From: an uncultured Candidatus Peregrinibacteria bacterium | GTDB taxonomy: Bacteria > Patescibacteriota > Gracilibacteria > Peribacterales > Peribacteraceae | NCBI GenBank assembly: GCA_903825315.1 | Contig: CAIKAD010000004.1 | Coordinates: 6,298-70,297 of the forward strand | Direction of reading: 5' to 3' | Length of the DNA: 64,000 nucleotides | Part shown: one piece after another, positions 17,259-25,750 of the stretch | Numbering within the stretch: position 1 is the stretch's first letter | How the letters are laid out: each line of letters begins with the position of its first letter | The notes under the pieces: model-generated | Database searches by the model: none | Told to the model about the DNA's origin: nothing | The model's input: the letters and a program-made list of their open reading frames with translations, nothing else | Program-made: the position numbers and the translations under genes

Positions 17259-18134
17259 TTAAGCCTTGCCTCCCTGCGGAGCGCTTGTGGGCGCCTGGCC
17301 GGGAGCAGGTGTTGAAGGATTGCTTGTGACTTGTGAGGGGGAAGGCTGCTGAGATGCTGTCGGCTTGGGTTGTGCGGCTGCCACGAGATCTGCAATGACT
17401 TTGTCGGCCTCCACGATGAATGAAGGATTATCCACTGCCCTGCCGCCGCTCTTTACCGTAGCGATCACTTGTTTGAGGAGCTCGTAGGCGTTCATTTCCA
17501 ATCGGTTCTTTCCCTGCGCGTTGGCTATAGCAATCGCGCCATTCTTCAACTTCTGTACGAACGTCTCCTGCGCCTGCGGTGTCATGGAGAGGAGGTAGGG
17601 GAAGGTTTTGCCGAGTTCCTTGAAGAGCGCAACGGTGGATTCACTTGCATTCAGAAGGATATCGCGCAGCCATTCCGTCTTTTGGAACATCTTTGCAGCA
17701 ATGCTGAGGAGCGCAGATCCCACAACCGGCAGCCCTTCCTTGAGCTTCTCGAATTTCTTTCCCCACTCTTCGAATTTTGCCGACCATTCGCCTAGTTTCC
17801 CGGAATCTTTCGGCTTTTCCGGTCTTTGAACCGTGTGATCCAGGAGATTCTTGATTCCTGTAATCAATTGTCTGCCCTCCTCGTTCCCCAACACTTGAGG
17901 GTCTTCATCAAGAATATTAGCTTGCTGGGTCAGCTCTTCCTTCTTTTGCGGTGTTATGGTGGGGAGTGCCTGCTCAACATCACCCCGGAGCTTCATCAAT
18001 TCTTTTCGTTTTTCGGCGGTGAGTTGTTCTCTGCGAGCATCCGGTTCACGTTCAACGCCAGACGGCACAGGCGATAGTTCGCGTGGGACTTCAGGACCGG
18101 ATTGCGCACCAGAAGAAGCTCCTAGTTGAGCCAT
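17259..18134 (-). CDS. hypothetical protein (helical, Pro/Ser/Thr-rich tail ending ...PQGGKA*)
   Basis: 291 aa. First gene of the tight minus-strand cluster. No signal peptide and no known motif. Confidence 0.65.
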   Translation of the reverse strand: MAQLGASSGAQSGPEVPRELSPVPSGVEREPDARREQLTAEKRKELMKLRGDVEQALPTITPQKKEELTQQANILDEDPQVLGNEEGRQLITGIKNLLDHTVQRPEKPKDSGKLGEWSAKFEEWGKKFEKLKEGLPVVGSALLSIAAKMFQKTEWLRDILLNASESTVALFKELGKTFPYLLSMTPQAQETFVQKLKNGAIAIANAQGKNRLEMNAYELLKQVIATVKSGGRAVDNPSFIVEADKVIADLVAAAQPKPTASQQPSPSQVTSNPSTPAPGQAPTSAPQGGKA

Positions 18135-18387
18135 AAGGGATGTGTGTATTTACTTTTATTATAGCGTAAAACGCTCATATCTTCAATTCCGTCCTCTTCG
18201 GGACGAATCAGCGATTGCCTCTCTTGCACGCTGGTGGAATTCCCATTCTCTAGTAAACCAAATCACAACAAATAGAGAAACATGTCATTTATCCGACAGG
18301 GCTGCCATTTCCTCTCCGATCAGTCGTCAGCCATAGAGTGACTGTGCTATCGTCTCCCCCACTCCTTCCCTTCCCCACATCTCCGGT

Positions 18388-18831
18388 ATGAACATCCAGC
18401 ACTTTGAGAAAGGACTGCACTACAGCGACCGTGATTTGGTACTGCTCGCAAAAAAGATCGGGCGTCTCGCCACCTACTGTGACACACTCAAAGACGAAGC
18501 ATCTTCTATCCGCGTGGAGGCGGAGCGCCGGCCCACCAAGAAGGACCGCGATCAGGTAAAGGTAATGATTACCGTGGATTTGCCAAAGAAAAGGTTCCGC
18601 GTGGAGTCGCGCCGCAAGAGTCCCATTGATGCCATTGACCGTTGCATCGAAAAGCTGGAGCCGCAGATCAAGAAGTACAAGGAGCTGCGGACGGGGAGGG
18701 GAAAGGCTGCCAAGTATGCCCACACCGGTAAGCGGAAAAAGCCGGAGAACCTGGATGTGGATTTACCGCAAGCCCTTGCAGACTTTGAGGTTCCTGCCCG
18801 GCCGCGGCGCTCTCCCCGCACGTCCCGCTGA
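18388..18831 (+). CDS. hpf: ribosome hibernation promoting factor (HPF/RaiA, S30EA family)
   Basis: 147 aa. Family-typical beta-alpha-beta pattern ...VKVMITVDLPKKRFRVESRRKSPIDAIDRCIEKLEPQIKKYKE, with a basic C-terminal tail. Confidence 0.8.
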   Translation: MNIQHFEKGLHYSDRDLVLLAKKIGRLATYCDTLKDEASSIRVEAERRPTKKDRDQVKVMITVDLPKKRFRVESRRKSPIDAIDRCIEKLEPQIKKYKELRTGRGKAAKYAHTGKRKKPENLDVDLPQALADFEVPARPRRSPRTSR

Positions 18832-20327
18832 TGCTGCGCAGGTTGGCCCTCGTCGGCATCCTGTGCTCCCTTGTTTCGGCGGGACAGGTTGCCCTGGCGC
18901 AGGACCAGGCGCCGCGCAATCAAGCGGTGATCACAGCGCCAGCGGACGTATCGGTGGGGCGGCCGGTGCTGCTGGATGCGTCGCTGAGCCACATCGTGGG
19001 CATCAATCCGCACTACACATGGTTTGTGAACGGTGTGCGTGAGCCCATCAGCAATACCGTGGATGCCATTTACACGCCCGAGAAGGCCGGCATTCTCCGT
19101 TTTCGCCTCATCATCCAGTCCACCCTGGAAGGGGAACGGCAGGAATCCCAAGTGGTTCAGGAGGTGGCGGTATACCGGCGCAAGGTGGTGCTCGTGGCGG
19201 ATACGAACATCCCCGCAGAAAAAGTGAATGCGCAGATCCAGGCTTCGAGCGGGGCGGAACTGTACATCAAGGTCATACGCACGCCCGTACCGGCAACGTC
19301 CACGGACCGATTCGTCCAGTTTCTCGCAGAACAGATTCCCGCGTTCCGCGGCGCCGATTCCATCATCCTCTGGACGGATGCCGTCAACGGTCTTCCGTCG
19401 CTTCTCCAGGCCTTCCAGCGCGCACACTCGACCGAGGACATCCATGACCAGAACGTCGTCCTCGTGAGCGCCGGGTCCCTCTCCTTCCTTGCGCAGACCG
19501 CCCGCGCGCCGTTCGCCGTGCTTCGGCCGCAGCGCATCGTTCTCATCCATCCGGACACCATAGGTTCCCTCTTCCGGCAGCCGGACATGCCTGCGTTCCT
19601 CGCTTCCGCAAAAGCGCGTGATGTCGATGTGGCCGTGGTCGATTCCTCCACGCCCACGGTGATGTTCTGGCAGCCGGTATCACTCCTCACGGAATTCATG
19701 CTCTCCCATGGCATCGCGAGCCAGACGATTCTCCTGCTCCTTATGCTCCCGGTGATTGCCACCATCCTCTCCTTTCTCAAGCAAGTCGTGGGTATTACCA
19801 CGTTCGGCCTCTTCGTGCCGTCCATCCTTGCACTCAGCTTCCTTGCGCTCGGTATGTGGGTGGGATTGTTCTTCTTCCTGTTTATTATCGGCGTGGGCAC
19901 GCTCAGCCGCTCCTTTACAGCACGGCTCCATATTCTCTACATCCCCAAGGTGGCCATCATCATCACCATTGTCAGTCTTTCCCTTCTCCTTCTCCTCGCC
20001 ATCGCCACGGCCTACGGCATCGTCCTCTCGCTCGACGCCGTGTTTATTCTCCTCATCATGTCCACGCTGGCGGAGAGTTTCCTTACGGCAAAGGCGGAAC
20101 AGGGTTGGACGGGGGCGGGGTCCGGCATTATTCAGACCATCATTGCCGCCATCCTCTGTGTGCTCATCGTCCAGTGGTCGCCTTTCCAGATGCTCGTTCT
20201 TGCCTATCCCGAAGCGATACTCCTCACCGCGGTGGTCAATATTCTCGTGGGACGCTATACGGGATTGCGGCTGGCGGAATACCTGCGGTTTCGGGAATTG
20301 CTCAAAAGGATGGGGACCGAAGAATGA
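18831..20327 (+). CDS. secreted-domain + 7TM protein of the ATP-grasp-associated '7TM_transglut-like' type
   Basis: Signal peptide MLRRLALVGILCSLVSAGQVALA, then a PKD/Ig-like plus alpha/beta ectodomain of about 290 aa, then a 7-TM block starting LPVIATILSFLKQVVGITTFGLFVPSILALSF. The start ATG shares one base with the hpf TGA (18831). Confidence 0.65.
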   Translation: MLRRLALVGILCSLVSAGQVALAQDQAPRNQAVITAPADVSVGRPVLLDASLSHIVGINPHYTWFVNGVREPISNTVDAIYTPEKAGILRFRLIIQSTLEGERQESQVVQEVAVYRRKVVLVADTNIPAEKVNAQIQASSGAELYIKVIRTPVPATSTDRFVQFLAEQIPAFRGADSIILWTDAVNGLPSLLQAFQRAHSTEDIHDQNVVLVSAGSLSFLAQTARAPFAVLRPQRIVLIHPDTIGSLFRQPDMPAFLASAKARDVDVAVVDSSTPTVMFWQPVSLLTEFMLSHGIASQTILLLLMLPVIATILSFLKQVVGITTFGLFVPSILALSFLALGMWVGLFFFLFIIGVGTLSRSFTARLHILYIPKVAIIITIVSLSLLLLLAIATAYGIVLSLDAVFILLIMSTLAESFLTAKAEQGWTGAGSGIIQTIIAAILCVLIVQWSPFQMLVLAYPEAILLTAVVNILVGRYTGLRLAEYLRFRELLKRMGTEE

Positions 20328-20328
20328 C

Positions 20329-20413
20329 CGTTTCTCGACCCTGTCTCGTTTTTCGTTTTTCGATTCCTTCATTTTACGTCCTATCGAACAACGAGAAATG
20401 GTCGAAAAACGAG
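20329..20413. repeat. intercistronic palindromic element, 9-nt-period arms (CGTTTTTCG family)
   Basis: Left arm CGTTTCTCG|ACCCTGTCT|CGTTTTTCG|TTTTTCGAT (20329-20364). 17-nt loop. Right arm ATCGAACAACGAGAAATGGTCGAAAAACGAG (20383-20413) is an imperfect complement. Lies between the 7TM stop and the ATP-grasp start. Confidence 0.75.
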
Positions 20414-20462
20414 TAACAATCCTCCCCCGTTCAAAGGGATAACGGTATCCTATCCATCTTCC

Positions 20463-22857
20463 ATGGTCCGCTTACTGAACCACGGCATCCTCGGCCTCAA
20501 CGCACGGAACCTGCTGTACCTGCGGCCGTTCAATCCCCAGCGAGCGGTGGCATTTGCGGACAGCAAGCTCAAGACCAAGGCTTTTCTCTCCGCGCGTGGC
20601 ATTCCCATTGCACGAGTCTTTGCTCGCATCGAGAACCGATGGCAGCTCAAGGCGTTTAACTTTGATCTCTTGCCCGAGGAATGCGTCCTCAAACCCAACT
20701 TTGGATACGGGGGAGAGGGAATCCTCATCCTTAAGGGGCGCAAGGACGGCGTGTTCCTGGAAGAGGGCAGGGTGGAAGTTCCCGAGGAGCGCTTACGCGA
20801 GCACATCGAGAACATCCTGGAGGGGCAGTACTCCGTCAACGGGCGGCCGGACATTGCGTTCTTTGAACAGATTCTCGTTCCCCACGAAGGCTTTACGCAG
20901 TTCCGTCCAGCGGGGCTCCCGGATATCCGCATCGTGGTGTTCAATCTCGTTCCGGTGATGGCGATGCTCCGTATTCCCACGGCGGAGAGCCGCGGCAAAG
21001 CAAACGTACATCAGGGTGGCATCGGTATCGGCATTGACATCGCCAAAGGCGTCACGACGCATGCGGTGCAGCGTGACAAGGCCATTACAGAGCTTCCCCA
21101 TGGCGGTCCCGTGCGGGGAATCCCCATTCCGCATTGGGAGGAGATGCTTCTCCTTGCCTCGCGCATCCAGGCGGTAACCAACATCGGCTACCTGGCGGTG
21201 GACTTTACGCTCGACCGCACGCAGGGCGTCACGCTCCTGGAAGTCAACGCGCGTGCCGGCCTCATGTTGCAGATCGCCAACCTCTCGCCTCTCCGGCGGC
21301 GCCTGGAGCGCGTCAAAGGCCTCAAGATCGGAACGCCGGAAAAAGGGGTGCGCGTGGCACAAGACCTCTTTGGCCATAAAGTCAAAAAGCCCGTTAGGGA
21401 GCCGGAGCTCGACCGCCCGCGTCTTGGCGTGCATGAGGCCATTACCGTCCTCTGCCGGGGCGCCAGCGTGGAAATCCCCGCACTTATCGCGCCGGCGTTT
21501 ACAGAGCAGTCCGTGTTTGCGCAGGATCTCATTGGAGAATTACAGGGTCTGGGCGGTGTCACGGAGGAGGAGGGAGGTGAGGACCGGCGCTTCCATGTGA
21601 AATTCACGCTGGGTGGCCGCAAAGTCCAAACGCTCGTTCACGTGGGGACGGTCCCGGAGGGCAAGGCCCGTGCCGTCATCGGCCGCCGCGACCTAGCGGG
21701 CTTTTACATTGATCCCGCAAAAGAGCCCACGGTCCCCACATCCGCCGGCACGCGCGTAAAGGCCAATCTCCAAGCGACGGACCGTATCCTGGCGGACATC
21801 GATGAGGAGCTCCTTCTCCTCAAGTATCTCAAGCCCATTAACCTCGCCGAGGAGCGGGCGCGCGTGGAGGATGATGACGATGCGCAGCCTTTCTTCCTCT
21901 ACCCGGAGGCGGCGCTGGACCTGAACGCGGCGGAGGACAAACTTCTTCGCCTCCAGAGTGACGAATCGCCGCTCGGGGAATTGCTCAACAAGAAGCGGAA
22001 GGAACTTCTCTTGCGCATCGACCTGCTGCGCGCGCGGGAATTCCGCACGGTTCACTGCCGCCTCCCGGGCGCTCTTTGGAGCGCCGCGCGCGGACCTGAT
22101 GGGAGATGCGCAGCAATATCTTCTCTCGCGTGTCGCCTGCGATCTTCCGCCTCCCAAGAAAGTGATGCTCACTGCGGACGAGGCGGCGGCGACCTTTGAG
22201 AGTGAGCTCTCTGCATACGGGTTGCACGACTGGCGTGTGTTGGTGCGCAGTGCGCTCGTGGCGGACTGCACGGTGGGATGGAAGCGGCTGTACCTGCGGC
22301 AGGGGGCGCTCTTTTCCCCGGAGCACGTGGCATCCCTCGTGGCGCACGAGATTGAGACGCACATCCTCACCTCGGAGAACGGGTCGCAGCAGCCCTCCAC
22401 GCTCTTCCGTCGCGGCTTTGCCAACTATCTCGAGACGCAGGAGGGGCTCGCCGTCTTCAATCAGAACCGTGTCCTTTCCCCTTATCACGAGAAGCGCAAT
22501 GGGCCGGCACGCAGCGTGCTTGCGGTCGCATATGCGCTGGAGCATTCCTTTGTGGATCTGCGGCGATACCTACAGGAGGAACTGGGTTACCGTTCCGCCA
22601 AGGCCCTTACCAAGGCGATCGAACTCAAGCGCGGCCTTCACGACACATCGGAACCCGGATCCTTTACCAAGAGCCTCGTCTACTTCCGAGGCTGGCGGGC
22701 TGTGGAGCGGTTCGCGGGGCAGGGGGGCGATCTCCGCCGACTCTACATTGGCAAGATCGCGCTGGAGGATCTGGAGCTCGCCGAGAAGGTTCCGGGAGTC
22801 AAAAAGCCGGCGATTATTCCAAATTTCCTCCGGGGAGAGGGAAAGGTTACGGGGTAG
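20463..22857 (+). CDS. ATP-grasp (RimK-related alpha-L-glutamate ligase-like) + degenerate retropepsin-like (RimB/Zn_protease-type) + MATCAP/DUF1704 (QEGLA) metallopeptidase fusion, interrupted by one frameshift
   Basis: ORF-track pieces are 20463..22199 and 21958..22857. ATP-grasp region at about 20463-21362 (GILGLNARNLLYL...). Retropepsin-like region at about 21417-21716 (ends AVIGRRDLAGFYIDP). The DUF1704 N-part runs to about 22035 in frame 1 and continues in the +1 frame (ARGNSARFTAASRALFGAP...), with HEIETH and ETQEGLAVF. The frame switch lies in GCGCGCGCG at 22028-22036. Confidence 0.75.
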
Positions 22858-23069
22858 ATTGTTTATTGTTTCCTCTTCCCCTAGCCCCCTCTCCGGTGGA
22901 GAGGGGGAATGTATGTGTTCTGTGTAAGCTTGTTCCTGTGCGTTGTCCTGACGTTCAACAAACCTCTCATTGAAAATATTGGCATTGTCCTGGCAAGCGG
23001 TGCGCCCCCTTTCTCCCCCGGAGAAAGGGGGTTGGGGGGATAGAGGAAACATACAACAAAAAAACAAAC
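22857..23069. repeat. composite inverted-repeat element with two G/C hairpins
   Basis: Outer arms GTTTATTGTTTCCTCTTCCCCTAG (22861-22884) and GGGGGGATAGAGGAAACATACAAC (23034-23057) are inverted. Inner hairpins are CCCCCTCTC/GAGAGGGGG (22885-22907) and CCCCCTTTCTC/GAGAAAGGGGG (23005-23031). Lies between convergent stops. Confidence 0.7.
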
Positions 23070-23099
23070 AACGACGTTCGGCATGCTTACTGTTCGCGC

Positions 23100-23804
23100 T
23101 TACTTCTTCCCTCCCTCCTTCTTGCCCTTCTCGGCGGGGGCAGCAGCCCCCTCTGCTCCCGGAGCAGCTGCACCTTCGGCCGGGGCTGCGCCCTCGGCGG
23201 GCACGGCGCCTTCGGCAGCGGACGGCGGGGCGATTTCCTCTTCCTTACGCGGCTCCTGGATGGTGGCGACGACTGTGTGGGGTTCCTCCATCACCTTAAC
23301 GCCCTTGGGGAGCTTGAGGTCCTTTACGGCAACGGAGGAGTGGAATTCCGTCAGACTCGAGATATCGAGTTCGATCGAGTGCGGAAGGTCTGCAGGGAGA
23401 CAGCGCACCGTAACGTGCTCGTGCGCTATCACGAAGATGCCGCCCAGATCCTTTACTGCCGGCGCCTCGCCGATGAAGCGCACGGGAACCGGCGCCTCGA
23501 TTTCTTCCTTCATGTTCACGGCGTAAAAATCTGCATGCTCCTCGCGCCCGGAAATCGGCTCAAAGGAGATGTCCTTGAACAGCACGGGGATCTTTTTCCC
23601 CTCCACATCCAGCTCCACAAGGGTGCTTTCTCCCGCCTTAACAAAGACCCGGTGTAATTCCCGCTCTTCGCAGGAAATGGACAAATCCTTCACTTCAAAG
23701 CCGTACACAATGCAGGGTACGCGACCTTCCCGCCGCATCTTCTTCGGCTTGGCGGAGGCATCACGGGGCTGTGCTTTGAGGGGGATCATTTCCATAAGAG
23801 CCAA
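23100..23804 (-). CDS. rplY: 50S ribosomal protein L25 / general stress protein Ctc (long form)
   Basis: 234 aa. L25 N-domain (REGRVPCIVYG...), Ctc C-domain, Ala/Glu/Gly-rich tail. TTG start at 23804; the ATGs a few codons downstream are alternatives. Confidence 0.9.
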   Translation of the reverse strand: MALMEMIPLKAQPRDASAKPKKMRREGRVPCIVYGFEVKDLSISCEERELHRVFVKAGESTLVELDVEGKKIPVLFKDISFEPISGREEHADFYAVNMKEEIEAPVPVRFIGEAPAVKDLGGIFVIAHEHVTVRCLPADLPHSIELDISSLTEFHSSVAVKDLKLPKGVKVMEEPHTVVATIQEPRKEEEIAPPSAAEGAVPAEGAAPAEGAAAPGAEGAAAPAEKGKKEGGKK

Positions 23805-23862
23805 GGTAGGGTAAGGGATGAGGAGATTGAGGTCAATAGCTTTGAGGGGGTGTCAAGTGAGG

Positions 23863-23981
23863 AAGAAGAAACCGAAGAAACCAATGAATCCGAGGAATCC
23901 GAGGATAAATGAGCAGATGTTTTAAGAGCTGAGAGATGGCCGCCCCTCGGTCTCCTCGGTTTCTTCGGATTCATCGGTACC
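23863..23981. repeat. palindromic intergenic element, 9-nt-period arms (GAAACCGAG/GAATCCGAG family), copy B
   Basis: Left arm GAAGAAACC|GAAGAAACC|AATGAATCC|GAGGAATCC. 38-nt centre. Right arm CTCGGTCTC|CTCGGTTTC|TTCGGATTC|ATCGGTACC. The arms match copy A with 2 mismatches in 37 nt against the opposite arm. The centre shares GCAnATGT..AA....TGAGAG with copy A. Confidence 0.85.
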
Positions 23982-24049
23982 CTTTCAAAAGTACAACTTG
24001 TACCCCCTCCTGTCCGCGGGTAGCATCTCAGATTGATCCCCCCCATTCC

Positions 24050-24907
24050 ATGGTCGATTCCCTTGGCAGCCTCCTCTCCAAAAGCTGGGCCTTTTGCCGA
24101 GCGCAGTTTGTTCCCATACTCCTCGGAGCGCTCGTTGCCGGTGCCGTGTCACTTGTCCTTACGCTCAGTATTGTGAACAAGATGTCGCAGGGGGCTAACA
24201 ACGCCCTCAACCGCCTGGGGGTGGATCGTGGGCGCCTGGAGGACCTGCAGCGCCGCGCGCAGCAGGGTGACCAGCAGGCAACGCAGGAATTGCAGCAGGA
24301 GGTGCAGCGTACACTCGGTAACTTTTCGGAGAAGGACCTCCAGAACCTCGGTGGGGCATTTGCGGGGGACATGGCGCGGACATTCTTCTCCCCCTATTCC
24401 CTTCTCCTTATCCTGGGGATGATCATCGTGAGCTTTGCCTTTCAGGGGTACATCCTGGTACTGCTCCTCGAGAAGAAGCCGGCACAGGAAGCGTTTGCGA
24501 GAACGGCATCCCTCATCCTTCCTCTCATCGGTTTGAGTCTTTGGACCGCTCTCCGGACATTCATCTGGATTCCCATCATTGGCATCATCCCGTTCATCAT
24601 TCTCGCGCCGCGGTTCGTACTGGCGCCCGTCCTACTGGTGCGTGACGGGAAGGGTGTGTTGGAAAGCACGCGCATCAGTTACCGCAGGACTGCGGGATAT
24701 TGGGGCAAGATCGTGGGGAACGTCATTGTGGCGGTTATCCTCGTCGGCATAGCGGCGGCCGCTATCAATGCCATTTTCAATGCCATTCTCGGAATGTCCC
24801 TCGCGTCCTACCTCACACCCTTTGTGCAGATGGTCACAGGCGCCTTCACGGGGGTGTTCATCGGGTATCTAGGATTGACGATCCTTGGCTCGAAGCAGTC
24901 GGCGTAA
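24050..24907 (+). CDS. hypothetical polytopic membrane protein (DUF975/UPF0259-like by eye)
   Basis: ORF 23936..24907 with the start moved to the ATG at 24050 (MVDSLGSLLSKSW...). About 6 TM segments with a Gln-rich helical loop. The 3' end overlaps the convergent GT2 gene by 50 nt. Confidence 0.55.
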   Translation: MVDSLGSLLSKSWAFCRAQFVPILLGALVAGAVSLVLTLSIVNKMSQGANNALNRLGVDRGRLEDLQRRAQQGDQQATQELQQEVQRTLGNFSEKDLQNLGGAFAGDMARTFFSPYSLLLILGMIIVSFAFQGYILVLLLEKKPAQEAFARTASLILPLIGLSLWTALRTFIWIPIIGIIPFIILAPRFVLAPVLLVRDGKGVLESTRISYRRTAGYWGKIVGNVIVAVILVGIAAAAINAIFNAILGMSLASYLTPFVQMVTGAFTGVFIGYLGLTILGSKQSA

Positions 24908-25643
24908 GAAGGCGCCACTTCCAGAAATACTTACAGGCGCTCCAGAGGTGGATGCGCACCGTCTTCTTGGTGAAGAACGACAGGAACCCGCCCTCGCTCA
25001 GGCGGTGCTTGCGGTCTCTGGCATGGGCGGCAGGGAAGTAGACCACCCGCATGCCGGCCTGATGCGCGCGGCGGCAGAGGTCCGTATCCTCAAAAAAGAG
25101 GAAGAAGCGCGGGTCAAACCCTCCCAGACGCTCATACAAGTCCCGCCGCATGAGAAGGCAGGCGCCTGCCAGCCAGTCCACATCGCGTGCCAGTTCAGGG
25201 TTCACATCATGCTGCAGATAGCGCCGCATGCGGCCCGGGAACATGTGCCGGAGGAACGTTCTCTTAATGAAGAGGTCGGTGAACGTGGGGAATGTACGGA
25301 ACGAGTCGCGGATTGTCCCGTCCTGGTGCACCAGCTGCGGTCCCAGGATGCCGATGGTGGGATCTCCCTCCATCACGCGGGCCATCTTCTCCAAGCCGTC
25401 CGCTTCCAGCTCGTTATCCGGATTAATAATCAGGATAAAGGCTCCCTCCGCCCGCATAATCCCCGCATTGTTCCCCCGGCCGTAGCCGCTGTTGCGGCTG
25501 GTTTCGATGATTCTCACCCGCTGTTCTTTGCCGAACGTGTTCCGGATAATGCCGATGGAGTCGTCCTGCGAGTGATTGTCGACAATGAGAACTTCCATCG
25601 TGTCGGCGATACTTTGCTTCAGCAAGGCGCGTACGCACCGCAC
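24858..25643 (-). CDS. family 2 glycosyltransferase (GT-A fold); 5' end unresolved
   Basis: VDNHSQDDS, SRNSGYGRGNNAG and INPD motifs. The track start (GTG 25643) cuts off the conserved first strand PLVSAIVLNYRTPKDT, which is encoded in frame at 25644-25691. No canonical start lies upstream (see findings). Confidence 0.85.
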   Translation of the reverse strand: MRCVRALLKQSIADTMEVLIVDNHSQDDSIGIIRNTFGKEQRVRIIETSRNSGYGRGNNAGIMRAEGAFILIINPDNELEADGLEKMARVMEGDPTIGILGPQLVHQDGTIRDSFRTFPTFTDLFIKRTFLRHMFPGRMRRYLQHDVNPELARDVDWLAGACLLMRRDLYERLGGFDPRFFLFFEDTDLCRRAHQAGMRVVYFPAAHARDRKHRLSEGGFLSFFTKKTVRIHLWSACKYFWKWRLLTPTASSQGSSILDTR

Positions 25644-25687
25644 GGTGTCTTTGGGGGTGCGGTAGTTGAGGACGATGGCGGAGACGA

Positions 25688-25750
25688 GAGGATCCAGAGG
25701 AAGCAGAGGATACAGATGATGCAGAGGATGCAGAAGAGAGGATAGCGAGG
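25688..25750. repeat. block of seven 9-nt units (GAGGATGCA family), block 1
   Basis: GAGGATCCA|GAGGAAGCA|GAGGATACA|GATGATGCA|GAGGATGCA|GAAGAGAGG|ATAGCGAGG. Directly abuts the conserved N-terminal codons of the GT2 gene and is open in its frame. Confidence 0.85.

Noticed and set aside
25688-25750. 9-nt tandem repeat blocks as a possible CRISPR-like or microsatellite array
   Set aside because: The units are 9 nt without spacers and occur as inverted partners forming palindromes. They are reported as a repeat-element class instead.
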